IMG/VR virus record: IMGVR_UViG_3300045988_180316 | Origin: a virus | Lineage: Duplodnaviria > Heunggongvirae > Uroviricota > Caudoviricetes | Direction: 5' to 3' (one strand) | Length of the DNA: 37,769 nt | Part shown: one piece after another, positions 16,182-26,400 of the stretch | Numbering within the stretch: position 1 is the first letter of the stretch | How the letters are laid out: every line of letters begins with the position of its first letter | The notes under the pieces: model-generated | The model's input: only the letters and a program-made list of their open reading frames with translations | Database searches by the model: none | What the model was told of the DNA's origin: nothing | Program-made: the position numbers and the translations under genes

Positions 16182-16478
16182 CTATGATTTTAAGATGTCC
16201 TGTTTCCACTCGGCAATCTTGGCGAAGACAGCCCCTGCCTCTTCATCGCTCAGCACGGCAGTGTTGATGCGACATGAGAGGTTGGCATCCATAAAGCTGA
16301 TGTATCCAGCACCGCTCTCGGAGGCTGGTGCATCATCTTTGGACTCTGTACGTTTATAGACCTCACCGGAAAAAGAGACCTTGTCATCTCGCTTTGTCTT
16401 GGTGAACTTGACGAAAACGCCTGTAACAACCTCAATCTCCTGGATGTCGGTTGTCGTAACTGTTGACTCTACCTTCAT
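16182..16478 (-). CDS. Hypothetical phage protein
   Basis: 98-aa ORF with an ATG start, packed 3 nt from its neighbours. Confidence 0.6.
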   Translation of the reverse strand: MKVESTVTTTDIQEIEVVTGVFVKFTKTKRDDKVSFSGEVYKRTESKDDAPASESGAGYISFMDANLSCRINTAVLSDEEAGAVFAKIAEWKQDILKS

Positions 16479-16480
16479 AA

Positions 16481-16783
16481 TTAATCTTGCTCTATTAGTT
16501 TAACAATCTGACAATATACCCCTGGCACCAAGGAAGCCTTGGCGACCTCTTTGATCATGGTTAAGTCTTCGGTCGTACACTCGACCTCACTTGGTTTAGT
16601 GTGCATCTGCACACTCAGGTTGTAGGCTCTCTTAAGAGACTCATCATCAGCCTTGACGCTGTTATTGCTTCCGTTGAACAGATGAAGTCCGAGCACCTCA
16701 TTCATCATCTGAGGCTGTCCGTTGCTGTCTGTCATCACCCCGCCCCTGTAGTTACGGATGACGACCTTAAAATTTCTTTTCAT
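16481..16783 (-). CDS. Hypothetical phage protein
   Basis: 100-aa ORF with an ATG start, tightly packed. Confidence 0.6.
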   Translation of the reverse strand: MKRNFKVVIRNYRGGVMTDSNGQPQMMNEVLGLHLFNGSNNSVKADDESLKRAYNLSVQMHTKPSEVECTTEDLTMIKEVAKASLVPGVYCQIVKLIEQD

Positions 16784-16801
16784 ATCTGTCTAAGTTTAAA
16801 A

Positions 16802-19800
16802 TTAATATGCGTGGTTCAGCTTGCGCGCTGTGTATTTGGTCGTGTAGTCACTCACCTTGTTGCCCATGGTTGAGTTATAGACCAGCAGGAACGTCGCACT
16901 GTCGCCCTGTCCCATCTCTATGTAATCTTTGTTGCCGCAGTTCTCATCGAGAATCAAAGGTAACTCCTCTTTGTTCCATGCGTAGGAATCGCTTTTGTCT
17001 TTGATCTTGTTGCGCCCATAAATGAAGAAGTTTGTCGTGCCTGGCTCAGCGACCACCGTAAATGTCACGGCGAAGTTGGTAGATGAGCCACAGCCTAATG
17101 CGCTGCGCACCTCAGACAGTGTTGGCAGCGTTATGCCGCTTGACGAGACGTAGCTGTAGATGAGCCAGACGTTATTCTCAGAAATCTTGGCATAGCCATT
17201 GTAGATGGTGTTTTTTGTGCTAAGTGCATATCTGCTATACTTATATCCACCTATCCATCCATTGAGTACGCCATTGCCAGCACCTGTGAAAGCAAAATTA
17301 TAGGCACCGTTTTTAGCCGAGAGTATGGCTGCGATATTGTAACCAAGCCCCCACCAGTCGCTGCTGTCCTCATTTTCGAATCGGGCCACCGCACGCTGTC
17401 CTGACGACGCAGGGAGCACGTTGCCACCGATGCCCGCAAAGCATTTATGGGTATCGTTGCGAAATATGATGTATGCATCATTGGTAAATGGGTCGTTAGT
17501 CAGACCCGTGCCCTGGATAGTGAAGCCGGCGATCTTGCCCGCCAAAGCCTCCATGGAGCCATCTTTGTTGATTTTGAAATTGCTGTTGGCCGTGACCACA
17601 CCGTTAAGGTTGATTTGGTCTGCCGTGATGGTGGCAGAGGAGATGCCGTTGGCAATCATTGTCTTGATGGTAGCCTCGGATAGAATCTTGCCATCGACAC
17701 CCTCGATTTTTGTAGTCAACGCATTGTAGTCTGCCGTCACAAGCAAGCCACCTTTGTTTTTGAGCGTGCCATCGGCATTGAATCGCTCGCTCATCAGGGC
17801 GTTGTAGTCAGCGGTGGTGATAAGATAGCTCGTATCTTTGAGCTTGCCATTGGCATCGAAACGAGCAACTGCCGAAGACCACGAATCGGCGTTTTGACTG
17901 ACCAACGATATAGTCGGACCATAATCGTTGCGTATGTCTGAGCCTACGCTGTCGGCGTGTCTCCTGGCTTCGGCAACGGAACTGTTGAGGGCATTGTAGT
18001 TGTCAGACATAGTCCCTTGCAAAGTGTTTTTGGCTGCATTCAGCTCGTCTTTTGTCGCAGCCTTGCCCACCGTGGTATTGATGCCATTGACCGTTATCTT
18101 TAACTCAGCGAGTGCCGCCTTGGTGCCGTTGGCAGTATTGGTGACGCTCTCGACACGTGCAGTGATGCTGTCGATGTCGGTGTAGATGCCAGAAATTTTC
18201 TCGTTTGTGCTATCCTGCCAGGTGTTGATGAGGTCGATGCGACCTGCCTCTATCTCTATTCTTGACGAGAGTGTTGTGTTGAGTTCGCCGTATCTCTTAT
18301 CGACATATAGGCGTATTGCCTCTTTCTCAGCGTCCAGCTCGATGCCGAGCTGAGTTGTGGTACCATTGACCTTGTCGATGTTTTGTCCCAGCAGCTTGAT
18401 GTTTTTAGCCGTCTGAAGTATTTGTGTCGAGACGGTCTTGCTCAGGTTGTCGAGCGGCTCGTCGGTGATGGTGAGCAGCGCGACGTAGATGTCGCCTGTA
18501 TATCGGAGCACGAAGTCGCCTGTGCCATTCCACTTGCCATTTAGCTCTACCGTCTGCCACTCTGCCGAGTATGGCACGCTGACGCTCTGGGCTGACAGGT
18601 CGTTGGTCTTGCCTTCGACGGCCTTGCAACCCTCGAAGCCAAAGGTGAGGGTGCCAGCAGTCTTGGCATAGATGCGAGCACTTATATATAAGGTGTTTTG
18701 CACCTCGGTGTAGCTGTCGCCAGTGGTATTCATGCCATCCTCGCCTTTTTCTGCCGATGGCTGGGTATATTCCTTGTGAGTACCGGGCTTGCGGATGAGG
18801 TCATTGGATTGTTTGACGCCGCTGTCCTGTATATGCAGCATGTTGCGCCCCTCGTTGTTGTCGATGCTCACTCGGTGGTTGCCACTCACGGTGGCGGCAC
18901 CATTGACCATGACAGGTAAGCCATTGGCATCGACCCAGAACTGGGACTCGTCTGTATCGTCGATGGTCCAGCCATCAATGAGCTGCTCATCGTTATAGCC
19001 TATCGCCGTCAGAAACTGACCGTTATGGAGGTAGTTGTTCTCCTCTGTCGCCTCGTAGGAGGTCTGTGCGAAGCGGGTGGCGAACTGGTTCTGCAGCATC
19101 TGTATTTTGGTGTCGATGCTCTCACCTGTGCGGCGGAGCACGAAGTCGCCCGTGGCGTAGAGGTTCTGCAGGAACTCACCGAAGCCTGAGAGTGCACCGA
19201 AGAGTGGATGGGTGATGCCCCGTAAGTTGCCGAGGCGACCTTTGAGCGCATTGTCTGGGTCTGTCTTGAGACCATAGATGATGTCCATGTAGGGCGTATC
19301 GCTGCCCACGGTCATCATCTGTATGATGCCCTTGCGGTCGGGGTCGGTGAGGTTGTCGACCCTAACAAAAGTGTCTCGCTTGGTGATGAGCTGCTCTGCG
19401 GTGGCACCCTCCATCGATGAGGTGAAGTTCTTGAACTTAACCCATGCCAACATATCCTCGCCACTGCCCTCGCTGCCCACCTCTGTCACGATAAGCTCGT
19501 ATCGCTTGGTGACATAGTGGTTGTTTTCGGTGGAGGGCATGCCATTGTACTGCTGTACCATGATGTAGTCATCCTTGCGGAAGGGGTTGTACATCCTGCC
19601 CTCGTGGGTGTCGAGATAGACCCTGCCTGTCTCTGGATTGTAGTGGTCAACCTCTAGCATCGCCGTGAAGATGCGGTTGTCATTCTCACCCAAGAGTTGA
19701 GAGACGATCATCTCGAAGATGCGCATGGTACCACGCACGATGAGATTATCCAGCTCTAGGTTGTATTTATTCTCCTGTACCCCGGCAGCGTTGGTCGTGG

Positions 19801-20281
19801 GGTTGTTGGCGAGTCGCCAGCCCTTGCCATCGAGGAAGCCCGAGACGAAGTCGGGAGAGCCTATGGTATCATCAAAACGAGCAGCGCCCTTGACGTGCAG
19901 CGCACTGACTGTCGCCAAGCCCCACGCCAGGATCTCTTCGATGCAAAGCTTGTAACCCCCATTCTCTTTTGTGGCGAGGCAGAAGCCTTTTTGACCAGCC
20001 TCGGAGTAGTCATCAGTGGCGATGGAGTGGGCGATGATGTCGCCCTCTTTGGAGAAAGAAAAGAGGTTGCCTATCTTGATGCCCTTGAGAAAGGTGATGA
20101 GCCCATGGGCTGTATCGTCGTTGATGGCGGAGAGTTTATCGTTGTCAGCAGAGGAAGCATAGTCGAGCAGGGACAGGAAGGCGTTGCCAATGCGGCTTGC
20201 CGTATTGGCGTGCTTGACTCTCTCGTCACGGATGCCCTCGAAAGCCTCTCTGATTTTGTTGATGTCTTTATTTTCTGCCAT
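16802..20281 (-). CDS. Large tail fibre / host-specificity protein
   Basis: 1159 aa with fibre-like segments (...ITADQINLNGVVTANSNFKINKDGSMEALAGKIAGFTIQGTGL...) and internal TADYNAL repeats. It has its own -7 box. Confidence 0.6.
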   Translation of the reverse strand: MAENKDINKIREAFEGIRDERVKHANTASRIGNAFLSLLDYASSADNDKLSAINDDTAHGLITFLKGIKIGNLFSFSKEGDIIAHSIATDDYSEAGQKGFCLATKENGGYKLCIEEILAWGLATVSALHVKGAARFDDTIGSPDFVSGFLDGKGWRLANNPTTNAAGVQENKYNLELDNLIVRGTMRIFEMIVSQLLGENDNRIFTAMLEVDHYNPETGRVYLDTHEGRMYNPFRKDDYIMVQQYNGMPSTENNHYVTKRYELIVTEVGSEGSGEDMLAWVKFKNFTSSMEGATAEQLITKRDTFVRVDNLTDPDRKGIIQMMTVGSDTPYMDIIYGLKTDPDNALKGRLGNLRGITHPLFGALSGFGEFLQNLYATGDFVLRRTGESIDTKIQMLQNQFATRFAQTSYEATEENNYLHNGQFLTAIGYNDEQLIDGWTIDDTDESQFWVDANGLPVMVNGAATVSGNHRVSIDNNEGRNMLHIQDSGVKQSNDLIRKPGTHKEYTQPSAEKGEDGMNTTGDSYTEVQNTLYISARIYAKTAGTLTFGFEGCKAVEGKTNDLSAQSVSVPYSAEWQTVELNGKWNGTGDFVLRYTGDIYVALLTITDEPLDNLSKTVSTQILQTAKNIKLLGQNIDKVNGTTTQLGIELDAEKEAIRLYVDKRYGELNTTLSSRIEIEAGRIDLINTWQDSTNEKISGIYTDIDSITARVESVTNTANGTKAALAELKITVNGINTTVGKAATKDELNAAKNTLQGTMSDNYNALNSSVAEARRHADSVGSDIRNDYGPTISLVSQNADSWSSAVARFDANGKLKDTSYLITTADYNALMSERFNADGTLKNKGGLLVTADYNALTTKIEGVDGKILSEATIKTMIANGISSATITADQINLNGVVTANSNFKINKDGSMEALAGKIAGFTIQGTGLTNDPFTNDAYIIFRNDTHKCFAGIGGNVLPASSGQRAVARFENEDSSDWWGLGYNIAAILSAKNGAYNFAFTGAGNGVLNGWIGGYKYSRYALSTKNTIYNGYAKISENNVWLIYSYVSSSGITLPTLSEVRSALGCGSSTNFAVTFTVVAEPGTTNFFIYGRNKIKDKSDSYAWNKEELPLILDENCGNKDYIEMGQGDSATFLLVYNSTMGNKVSDYTTKYTARKLNHAY

Positions 20282-20297
20282 ATTTTTTATTTTGATG

Positions 20298-20305
20298 CAA
20301 AGATA
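20298..20305 (-). promoter_or_regulatory. -7 box (TAtcTTTG) for the 1159-aa gene
   Basis: Plus CAAAGATA lies 17 nt upstream of ATG 20281. Confidence 0.45.
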
Positions 20306-20333
20306 GGTATGATGAGAACTATATAAAAATACG

Positions 20334-20792
20334 CTAGATCGGTGTGCCGAACATCTGCTTGAAGATGTCGGCCATCAGTCCCTGGTATTCATCGCCATAG
20401 AAGTAGCCCTCCATGTCGTTGAGCTTCATGATGGAGGCGTAGTACTTGCGATTGAACCATGGACGGCGCTGTCGTGGCTCGCCCAAGTTATGCTTGGCAC
20501 GGTACTCAGGGTCGAGAAACTCTAGGTCGCCGGGGTTGCCATGGTAATAACCATTGCCCGTGCCTGTCTCTTGATAGAGGCCGTAGAGCAGGAACTTGTG
20601 GGCTATCTGGCGAGAGGAACCGCCAAAGGATGTGGCTTGGACGGAACTGAAGAGGGCTCCGGTATGTCGGATGCGATAGTGGATGATTTTCTCTTTCCAG
20701 ATATGCACCATCTCCTCAGCCCATCCTCGTTCGTAGGCGTAGATGTCCTCTTGTGAGACGGGTTGCTTGATGTCATTCGTTCCATTCCTCAT
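20334..20792 (-). CDS. Hypothetical virion/morphogenesis protein
   Basis: 152-aa ORF that overlaps the upstream gene by 20 nt. Confidence 0.6.
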   Translation of the reverse strand: MRNGTNDIKQPVSQEDIYAYERGWAEEMVHIWKEKIIHYRIRHTGALFSSVQATSFGGSSRQIAHKFLLYGLYQETGTGNGYYHGNPGDLEFLDPEYRAKHNLGEPRQRRPWFNRKYYASIMKLNDMEGYFYGDEYQGLMADIFKQMFGTPI

Positions 20793-21303
20793 AATTATAC
20801 TCCAGGTCTAGTGGCTCGCTCACGTCAAGATGAAACTCGACGCCTGTGAGACCGTTGATGAAATAGGCACCCATCTCTCGGCTGTCTATCTGGTCGCTGA
20901 GGGTGTAGGTGTTATAGTTGTCTTGCCAGTTGTATTTGTCGATGACAATCTTGCTCAGGAACTGTCGGAATATCTTGCGGCAGGTGTTGAGCTTCTCTTG
21001 TCGGTCGTTCATGTCGAACTGTTTGTATCGCATGAGAATCCACACGGTATAGGTCATCACCTTGCGATAGCTGCCATCGCCGTTGATGGCGACGTTGCCC
21101 TCGTTGGTGTCGTCGATGACCACGAAGTTTTTGCTCTTCGCCATATTCTGTAGCATGCCCTCAAACGAGGCAGGGGTGCTGCAGGTGGTAGGAGTGAAGC
21201 CAAGCTCGGAGGTGAGCTTGTTTTGTCGGGTGAGGTCTCGAAAGTAGGAGAAGGCATCGAAGCCCACCTGAGTGTCTGGAGTCTTAACATCTGTACTGAT
21301 CAT
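20773..21303 (-). CDS. Hypothetical virion/morphogenesis protein
   Basis: 176-aa ORF with an ATGA-type overlap with the upstream gene. Confidence 0.6.
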   Translation of the reverse strand: MISTDVKTPDTQVGFDAFSYFRDLTRQNKLTSELGFTPTTCSTPASFEGMLQNMAKSKNFVVIDDTNEGNVAINGDGSYRKVMTYTVWILMRYKQFDMNDRQEKLNTCRKIFRQFLSKIVIDKYNWQDNYNTYTLSDQIDSREMGAYFINGLTGVEFHLDVSEPLDLEYNYEEWNE

Positions 21304-22097
21304 GATTTTTGTTTTAATCGTTTGTCTAACTCGTCAGCCTCGCGAGCCTTGGCATCCAGTTCGGTGAGTGCTCGCCATACGTCAGAGTCTCTAATCTGCC
21401 CTTCTTTGGTGATGTCGCCGCCCGTGAGGGCACGGATCTGGGCGTTCATCGCCTCTATCATATCGTAGTCGCCATCAGCTGAAGCTGGCTTGAAGAGGTG
21501 TGGAAAACTTGTGGAAAAGTTTTGCTTGACCCACATGAACCACAGGAAGGCACCCATCACCTCGACTGGCGTACACTCGATATGTTCGGGTGGGTTGCCC
21601 TTGGCATCGAGATAGAGGTAGCGCATCATCTCTCTGAGCGGTGCGTCGCTCGACTGGTCTGACTGCAGAAACTGCTGGAAGTAGTTGTCGGCGATGAGGT
21701 AATGTTGAAATGGGTACTCGTGCAGCTCGATGTCGGCGGCTTGGAAAAGCCCGATATGATCGAGGCGGTTGTCTGCGCCCTTGCCGTCGAATATGTAGTC
21801 GAAGGCTTGGCAGAAGTCTTGCACTTGCCATAGCTGAAGGAAGAAGCGCACAGTCTTGCCACTGTCTAGCTGGGTTTGGCAGAGCCAGCCGTCTTTTTTC
21901 TCGTTGAGCACCTCGATGCCAGCGAAGCGAGCGAAGAGGTAGGTGCGCACCTGCCACTCTTGCCACCCTTGGGTGAGGAGGTAGAGCACGTAGCGCAGCT
22001 GGTCTTGGGTGAGCTCGCCCCAGGAGTGAGGCACGTGGAGGTTGAGCGTGCCGTCAGCCAGCAAAGAAGAAGGTTGTGTCGTCAGCATTGTTTTCAT
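21300..22097 (-). CDS. Hypothetical phage protein
   Basis: 265-aa ORF. Its start overlaps the upstream gene by 35-44 nt. Confidence 0.6.
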   Translation of the reverse strand: MKTMLTTQPSSLLADGTLNLHVPHSWGELTQDQLRYVLYLLTQGWQEWQVRTYLFARFAGIEVLNEKKDGWLCQTQLDSGKTVRFFLQLWQVQDFCQAFDYIFDGKGADNRLDHIGLFQAADIELHEYPFQHYLIADNYFQQFLQSDQSSDAPLREMMRYLYLDAKGNPPEHIECTPVEVMGAFLWFMWVKQNFSTSFPHLFKPASADGDYDMIEAMNAQIRALTGGDITKEGQIRDSDVWRALTELDAKAREADELDKRLKQKS

Positions 22098-22899
22098 AAG
22101 CTATATTGTGGCTAGCCTTGTAGGCGGTGGAATCTCTATATTTGGCGAAGTCATCGATGTTATCGTCTATGAGGGAGAGTAGGCTGAAGAAGAGTTTGTC
22201 TCTCGCCCTGAGGTCGATGGAATCGCCGTTTTTTGTGATATGGCACCCGATGAAATCGTAGATGCGCATGATGGCGACCCGATGGGAGGTGGTCGGGAAC
22301 TGAGCCTTGCGCTCCTCTTCGAGCAACTGGTCTATCTGTGCATCGGAGAGCTCTCGGCGCAGGAAGGTCTCGGCTTGGTCTATCTCGCCCTTGTGCGCCA
22401 CGAGGTCATCGAAGGTAAGCTTGCCGGGGATGCCGCAGAACTTGTTGAGGATGTATGGCGACCAAATGAAGGAGCGGATGGTGTTGAAGGCTTGCAAGCT
22501 GTCAGCCCAGCCCTCGACCTGTCGCAATCGGTTGATGACGTTGTGCAGGGCGTAGTCTCGCCTGTAGGCAAGCTCGTGCTCCATGGCATCGACACGAGCC
22601 TGTGAGGCTGGGGCGATGTTGTCGTTGGAGACCACCCCGAAGCCGTTGTCGGTCATGATGATGTCGTGGGAGTGGAGACTATCGAGGAAGGTGGCCAGTA
22701 TGACATAGTCTCTGGCGTAGCGCTGCAGGGGCGAGTCTTCGGTCGAGACCGCTTGCTCGGCATCTGCGCCCACGACGGTGGCGATAAGATCGTCAAAATG
22801 GTTCTCGAAGGATGGCTGCATCTTGGTGAAGACATCCTCGGAGGCTGCCGCCACGAATGGCAGCAGCTGCTCGAACTGGTTTATATCAATCTGTATCAT
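22054..22899 (-). CDS. Hypothetical phage protein downstream of the portal
   Basis: ATG at 22899 (MIQIDINQFEQLL...) is preferred. ATG 22941 is also possible but would overlap the portal by 56 nt. Confidence 0.6.
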   Translation of the reverse strand: MIQIDINQFEQLLPFVAAASEDVFTKMQPSFENHFDDLIATVVGADAEQAVSTEDSPLQRYARDYVILATFLDSLHSHDIIMTDNGFGVVSNDNIAPASQARVDAMEHELAYRRDYALHNVINRLRQVEGWADSLQAFNTIRSFIWSPYILNKFCGIPGKLTFDDLVAHKGEIDQAETFLRRELSDAQIDQLLEEERKAQFPTTSHRVAIMRIYDFIGCHITKNGDSIDLRARDKLFFSLLSLIDDNIDDFAKYRDSTAYKASHNIAYENNADDTTFFFAG

Positions 22900-24292
22900 C
22901 TTGTTGCTTTGATTTTGGGTTGTTGGAAACTTGCTTGGCATCCTTGTTCTCGTCGAGGGTGGTGAGCATGATGAGCGGCACGTCTGGATAGACCTTCTGC
23001 TCCCAGTGGTTGAAGTAGATGACCACCCAGTGAACGGTCTCCATGAGGTCGTGGAACGCCTTCTCTATCGACTGCTTGAGGGTGAAGAGCTCTCGCTTGT
23101 CTGAGCCAGAGTTGTTGGTTTGGCTCTTGCCCGGTGTGGCGCCCACGAGATTAGGGTGGATGTTGTCGGCATAACACTGCATGTTGTTGCTCTCGGCGAT
23201 GTCGTCGCTGTAGTCACCGCCATCCTTTGAGGTGTCGATGCGCGTGATGCGCACCATCTTTACCTCTTTGCCATCAGGTGTGGTGTAATAGCCCGCTATC
23301 CAGAGCTTGCCGCTATTCTCGATGCCTGAGATGAAGGAGCGGATTTTTTCTTTCTCCTTCAGCTTGCGCTCCTTTTGCTTTGCCTTGTCGGTGATGTGCT
23401 CCTCTTGGAAGATGCCACGCCAATAGTCGTTGTGTATCTCTACGAGGTATGGGATGGCGGCGTGGTTTTTGAGCTTCGCCATCTTGCCGATGGCGATGAG
23501 CCGGGAGATGTCGTACCACTTGTCTCGGAAGATGGCGCTGTAGTAGGGCACGGGGTAGTATTGGCTGCCAGGAGTAGGGAAGCGGGTCACGATGGCGAAG
23601 ACACGGTCATTGCACTTCGCGCCACCCGTCTGTCTGGTCAGGGTCTGTCCGCTTTGTCCGTCGAGCCCCATGCGCTGCTGCAGGTCGCCCAGTGGGTCTA
23701 GCTCGTCGAGGAGCGGCAGCACCTCGATGTTGTCGGGATTGACGGCATTGCGCCAGTTGGCATAGAGCACGTATTCGGAGCGACCGTTTTTGCTCTGGGT
23801 GAACCGACAGTAGCACGCCTCTTTGTGCCGTATGCCCACGATGCGATCGCCCTTTTTGTTGAGGATGATGGCTGAGACACAAAAGAAGAAGTACTTCATG
23901 TCTGTGATTTGCTCTAGGAAGAAGCGCGAGAGGTTGTTGTGCATCTTGAAGAGGTTGACCTCTTTGTCTTGTGTCGGAAGCTTTGTCTTGATGTCGTTGT
24001 ACTGGAAGCCCATGCCGTAGCAGGTGAGCACGTTGAAGAGCTTGTTTTGCGCCATCACGCTGCTCTCACCGATATTTTTGATGAGCTGGTAGGGCAGCTT
24101 GTTGTCTGCCCCGAAGGGGATGTAGGTGTATCGCTGCTTTCCCACCTCTACGGAGACGGTGGGTGTGGTACCATCATCATCGAAGATGGATGAGGACTCG
24201 ACGAAGCCGCTGGTGGGCGAGGAGGTCTGGTAATCGAGCACCTCGCCCATGGTTGCGTATGTGATGTTTATGTTATCGCTTTTGTCTGTCAT
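22886..24292 (-). CDS. Portal protein candidate
   Basis: 468 aa from ATG 24292 (MTDKSDNINITY...). The size and an acidic C-terminal tail fit a portal. No diagnostic motif was verified. Confidence 0.5.
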   Translation of the reverse strand: MTDKSDNINITYATMGEVLDYQTSSPTSGFVESSSIFDDDGTTPTVSVEVGKQRYTYIPFGADNKLPYQLIKNIGESSVMAQNKLFNVLTCYGMGFQYNDIKTKLPTQDKEVNLFKMHNNLSRFFLEQITDMKYFFFCVSAIILNKKGDRIVGIRHKEACYCRFTQSKNGRSEYVLYANWRNAVNPDNIEVLPLLDELDPLGDLQQRMGLDGQSGQTLTRQTGGAKCNDRVFAIVTRFPTPGSQYYPVPYYSAIFRDKWYDISRLIAIGKMAKLKNHAAIPYLVEIHNDYWRGIFQEEHITDKAKQKERKLKEKEKIRSFISGIENSGKLWIAGYYTTPDGKEVKMVRITRIDTSKDGGDYSDDIAESNNMQCYADNIHPNLVGATPGKSQTNNSGSDKRELFTLKQSIEKAFHDLMETVHWVVIYFNHWEQKVYPDVPLIMLTTLDENKDAKQVSNNPKSKQQDDTD

Positions 24293-24297
24293 AATTT

Positions 24298-24558
24298 TTA
24301 TAAGTATATTGAATGGTCGTTGTATCTGAAGATGAAGATGTCTCTCACCTTGCGTATCTGGTGGTTGACGGGATTGTAGAGGGTGTGGGTGCCATTCTGC
24401 CAGGATGAGGACTTGACGAGCCATCCCCGGTATTGGATGATGGAGCCGTCGCCGCCCTTCCAGCAGTCGATGTCAACGGTCGAGCGGTCGATGCGCGATA
24501 TGTCGAGGGCACGGCGCAGCTCGTTGATGTGTATTGCCTTGGGTGTCTTATCTGCCAT
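24298..24558 (-). CDS. Hypothetical small phage protein
   Basis: 86-aa ORF with an ATG start. Confidence 0.55.
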   Translation of the reverse strand: MADKTPKAIHINELRRALDISRIDRSTVDIDCWKGGDGSIIQYRGWLVKSSSWQNGTHTLYNPVNHQIRKVRDIFIFRYNDHSIYL

Positions 24559-24575
24559 ATATCTGAAGCTTTTGT

Positions 24576-25637
24576 TTAGTTGAACGTATCGTCGAAGGAG
24601 TCGTCGAAGATGCGACCGCCTGTGTTGCCGATGTTCTTGAACACGACATTCTGGACTCGCTGGGCATATTGGTAGCTGAAGGTGAACTCAGCCATGTCGT
24701 CCAGCTCGTTGGTGCGCTCGCTCTTGGAGTCGGTAAAGGTTATCTCTTTGTCCTGGGTGTAGTCACGGAACAGATAGATCTCATCGGAGCGCAGCAGGTC
24801 TTCGGCGAAGTGTGCCATGGACGGTGGGATAACGCCTGTGTCGCCCTCGAAGGTGCGGGTCTCTTTGACGGAGTAGTTGATCTTTTTGCCGCTGATGACG
24901 GCGCTCTTGCGCTCGAAGGTAGGTGCGATTTTCTTTTTGCCCAGGCAATAGAAGATCTCTTGGCACCCGAAGGAGTTGGTGAAGAGGAGCACCGGGTCGG
25001 CGACCGCCTCGGTATGGTCTATCTGGAAGTCTTGCACTCGCTTGCCCACGGTGACGGTGTAGGCGAAGAGGTCGCCACGGTCGGCATCGTAGTAACGGTC
25101 GGGCGAGACATCGAAGGTGGTGATGTTATTCACCGTATGGGTAGGGGTGGCATCGGCGGCGATATTGCCCTCCACGACCTTGCCGTCTTTGTAATATCGG
25201 GCTGTGACGGCGGCAGTGGTGCTGTCGGCACCTGCGGCATGGAGATATTCACGATGGCCGAGCTGTGTGAGCTTGGCACCATCGAGGAGGGTGAGGAAGT
25301 ATTGGTCGAGGAACGCCTGGCACGACATGTTGATGTCAACGGTGGCGTAGTAGGCGGTGAACTCGCACGACCAGTTGGCGACATCGCTCTCGCCATTGTG
25401 CTCGACAATCTTGATGGCGCACTTGGCGACCACGGTCGTGCGCACGGCATCGGAGATGAGCGTGCCGAGGTCGTAGATGGTGATGGTGCCAGCCACTGGG
25501 TAGTAAGTCTCGCTGAGCAGCTCTTCGCCCTCGCAGGTGATGGTAACGGTAGCGCGCTCGCCACCTATCTTGAAGGAGAAGGAGTCGAGCGCACTGGTGA
25601 ACAATGGCGAAGATGGTTGGTTGGTAACTGTAATCAT
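24576..25637 (-). CDS. Hypothetical phage structural protein
   Basis: 353-aa ORF, first gene after a terminator/promoter junction. Confidence 0.65.
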   Translation of the reverse strand: MITVTNQPSSPLFTSALDSFSFKIGGERATVTITCEGEELLSETYYPVAGTITIYDLGTLISDAVRTTVVAKCAIKIVEHNGESDVANWSCEFTAYYATVDINMSCQAFLDQYFLTLLDGAKLTQLGHREYLHAAGADSTTAAVTARYYKDGKVVEGNIAADATPTHTVNNITTFDVSPDRYYDADRGDLFAYTVTVGKRVQDFQIDHTEAVADPVLLFTNSFGCQEIFYCLGKKKIAPTFERKSAVISGKKINYSVKETRTFEGDTGVIPPSMAHFAEDLLRSDEIYLFRDYTQDKEITFTDSKSERTNELDDMAEFTFSYQYAQRVQNVVFKNIGNTGGRIFDDSFDDTFN

Positions 25638-25660
25638 ATCAATGTCTCATTAAAACGATG

Positions 25661-25668
25661 CAAAGATA
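25661..25668 (-). promoter_or_regulatory. -7 box (TAtcTTTG)
   Basis: Plus CAAAGATA lies 24 nt upstream of ATG 25637. Confidence 0.5.
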
Positions 25669-25682
25669 GGAAGGAAGGGGAG

Positions 25683-25722
25683 AAAATAAAAATACCTGAT
25701 TGTCATCACGACAACCAGGTAT
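25683..25722 (-). terminator. Rho-independent terminator
   Basis: 13-bp stem ATACCTGATTGTC (25692-25704) / GACAACCAGGTAT (25710-25722); the mismatch becomes a G-U pair on the minus strand. The loop is 5 nt and a U-run follows. Confidence 0.7.
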
Positions 25723-25810
25723 CGACTCATGGAGCTGACCACGCCTTGTTAAGCCTAAGGCTCCATTCCGAGACTGTTTTATGTTGTAAATGAAAAAAAA
25801 TGTATTTGCA

Positions 25811-26134
25811 TCATAATGGACTGCGCACGCCGTATTCCAGCTCCCAGACGAGACGACCACCACTTGGGCAAATCAGCTTGTAGCCATGTGCGACCATGTA
25901 TTCTGTAATGGTGGAGACGGAGGCTGTCACGATGTCTTTGATGTCGTCTTGTATCTCTTTTGATGTCATGACCTCTATCGGACCATCGCGCTCATCGGTT
26001 GGCGGGCGGTAGCCTTGGAAATAGGCATCGAGCGCCATATTGACGTAATCGACCTTAGTCTCTGGCTCTGGTGGTACAGCCGGGATGTCGGCTGTCACGT
26101 TGAAGCCCATGATGCGTTTGCGATTGTTGCTCAT
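25811..26134 (-). CDS. Hypothetical phage protein
   Basis: 107-aa ORF with an ATGA overlap with the upstream gene. Confidence 0.6.
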   Translation of the reverse strand: MSNNRKRIMGFNVTADIPAVPPEPETKVDYVNMALDAYFQGYRPPTDERDGPIEVMTSKEIQDDIKDIVTASVSTITEYMVAHGYKLICPSGGRLVWELEYGVRSPL

Positions 26135-26400
26135 GCCTCACCTCCTTTCGCCTCCAGGGCAATGTTGATGGTCTTGAAGAGCTTGCTCATGTGGTCGAAG
26201 TTATTGAGCATGAGCAGCACCCTGTCGGCACCGCCGAGGTCTTCGACGCAGTTGGTCACCACCTCGTCGGAGATGAGTACCTTTTTGACTTGCTCAAGGT
26301 ACTCGATGAAGTAGTTGAGCTGGTTGACATCCATCATATCTACGAGCGCATTCCAGACCTCTGCTGTCATGTGTATGTTTGTTGCGTTGTTTGTGTTCAT
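26131..26400 (-). CDS. Hypothetical phage protein
   Basis: 89-aa ORF with an ATGA overlap. Confidence 0.6.
   Translation of the reverse strand: MNTNNATNIHMTAEVWNALVDMMDVNQLNYFIEYLEQVKKVLISDEVVTNCVEDLGGADRVLLMLNNFDHMSKLFKTINIALEAKGGEA

Noticed and set aside
24669-25793. Long plus-strand ORFs antisense to minus-strand genes. Examples: 24669-25793 (374 aa), 31635-32363 (242 aa), 6429-7034, 9410-10021 and 872-1561 (minus strand, antisense to int).
   Set aside because: They lie entirely inside better-supported genes on the opposite strand. Their G/V/A/L/E-rich, low-complexity translations are typical of antisense frames in GC-rich coding DNA. No promoters or start contexts were seen.
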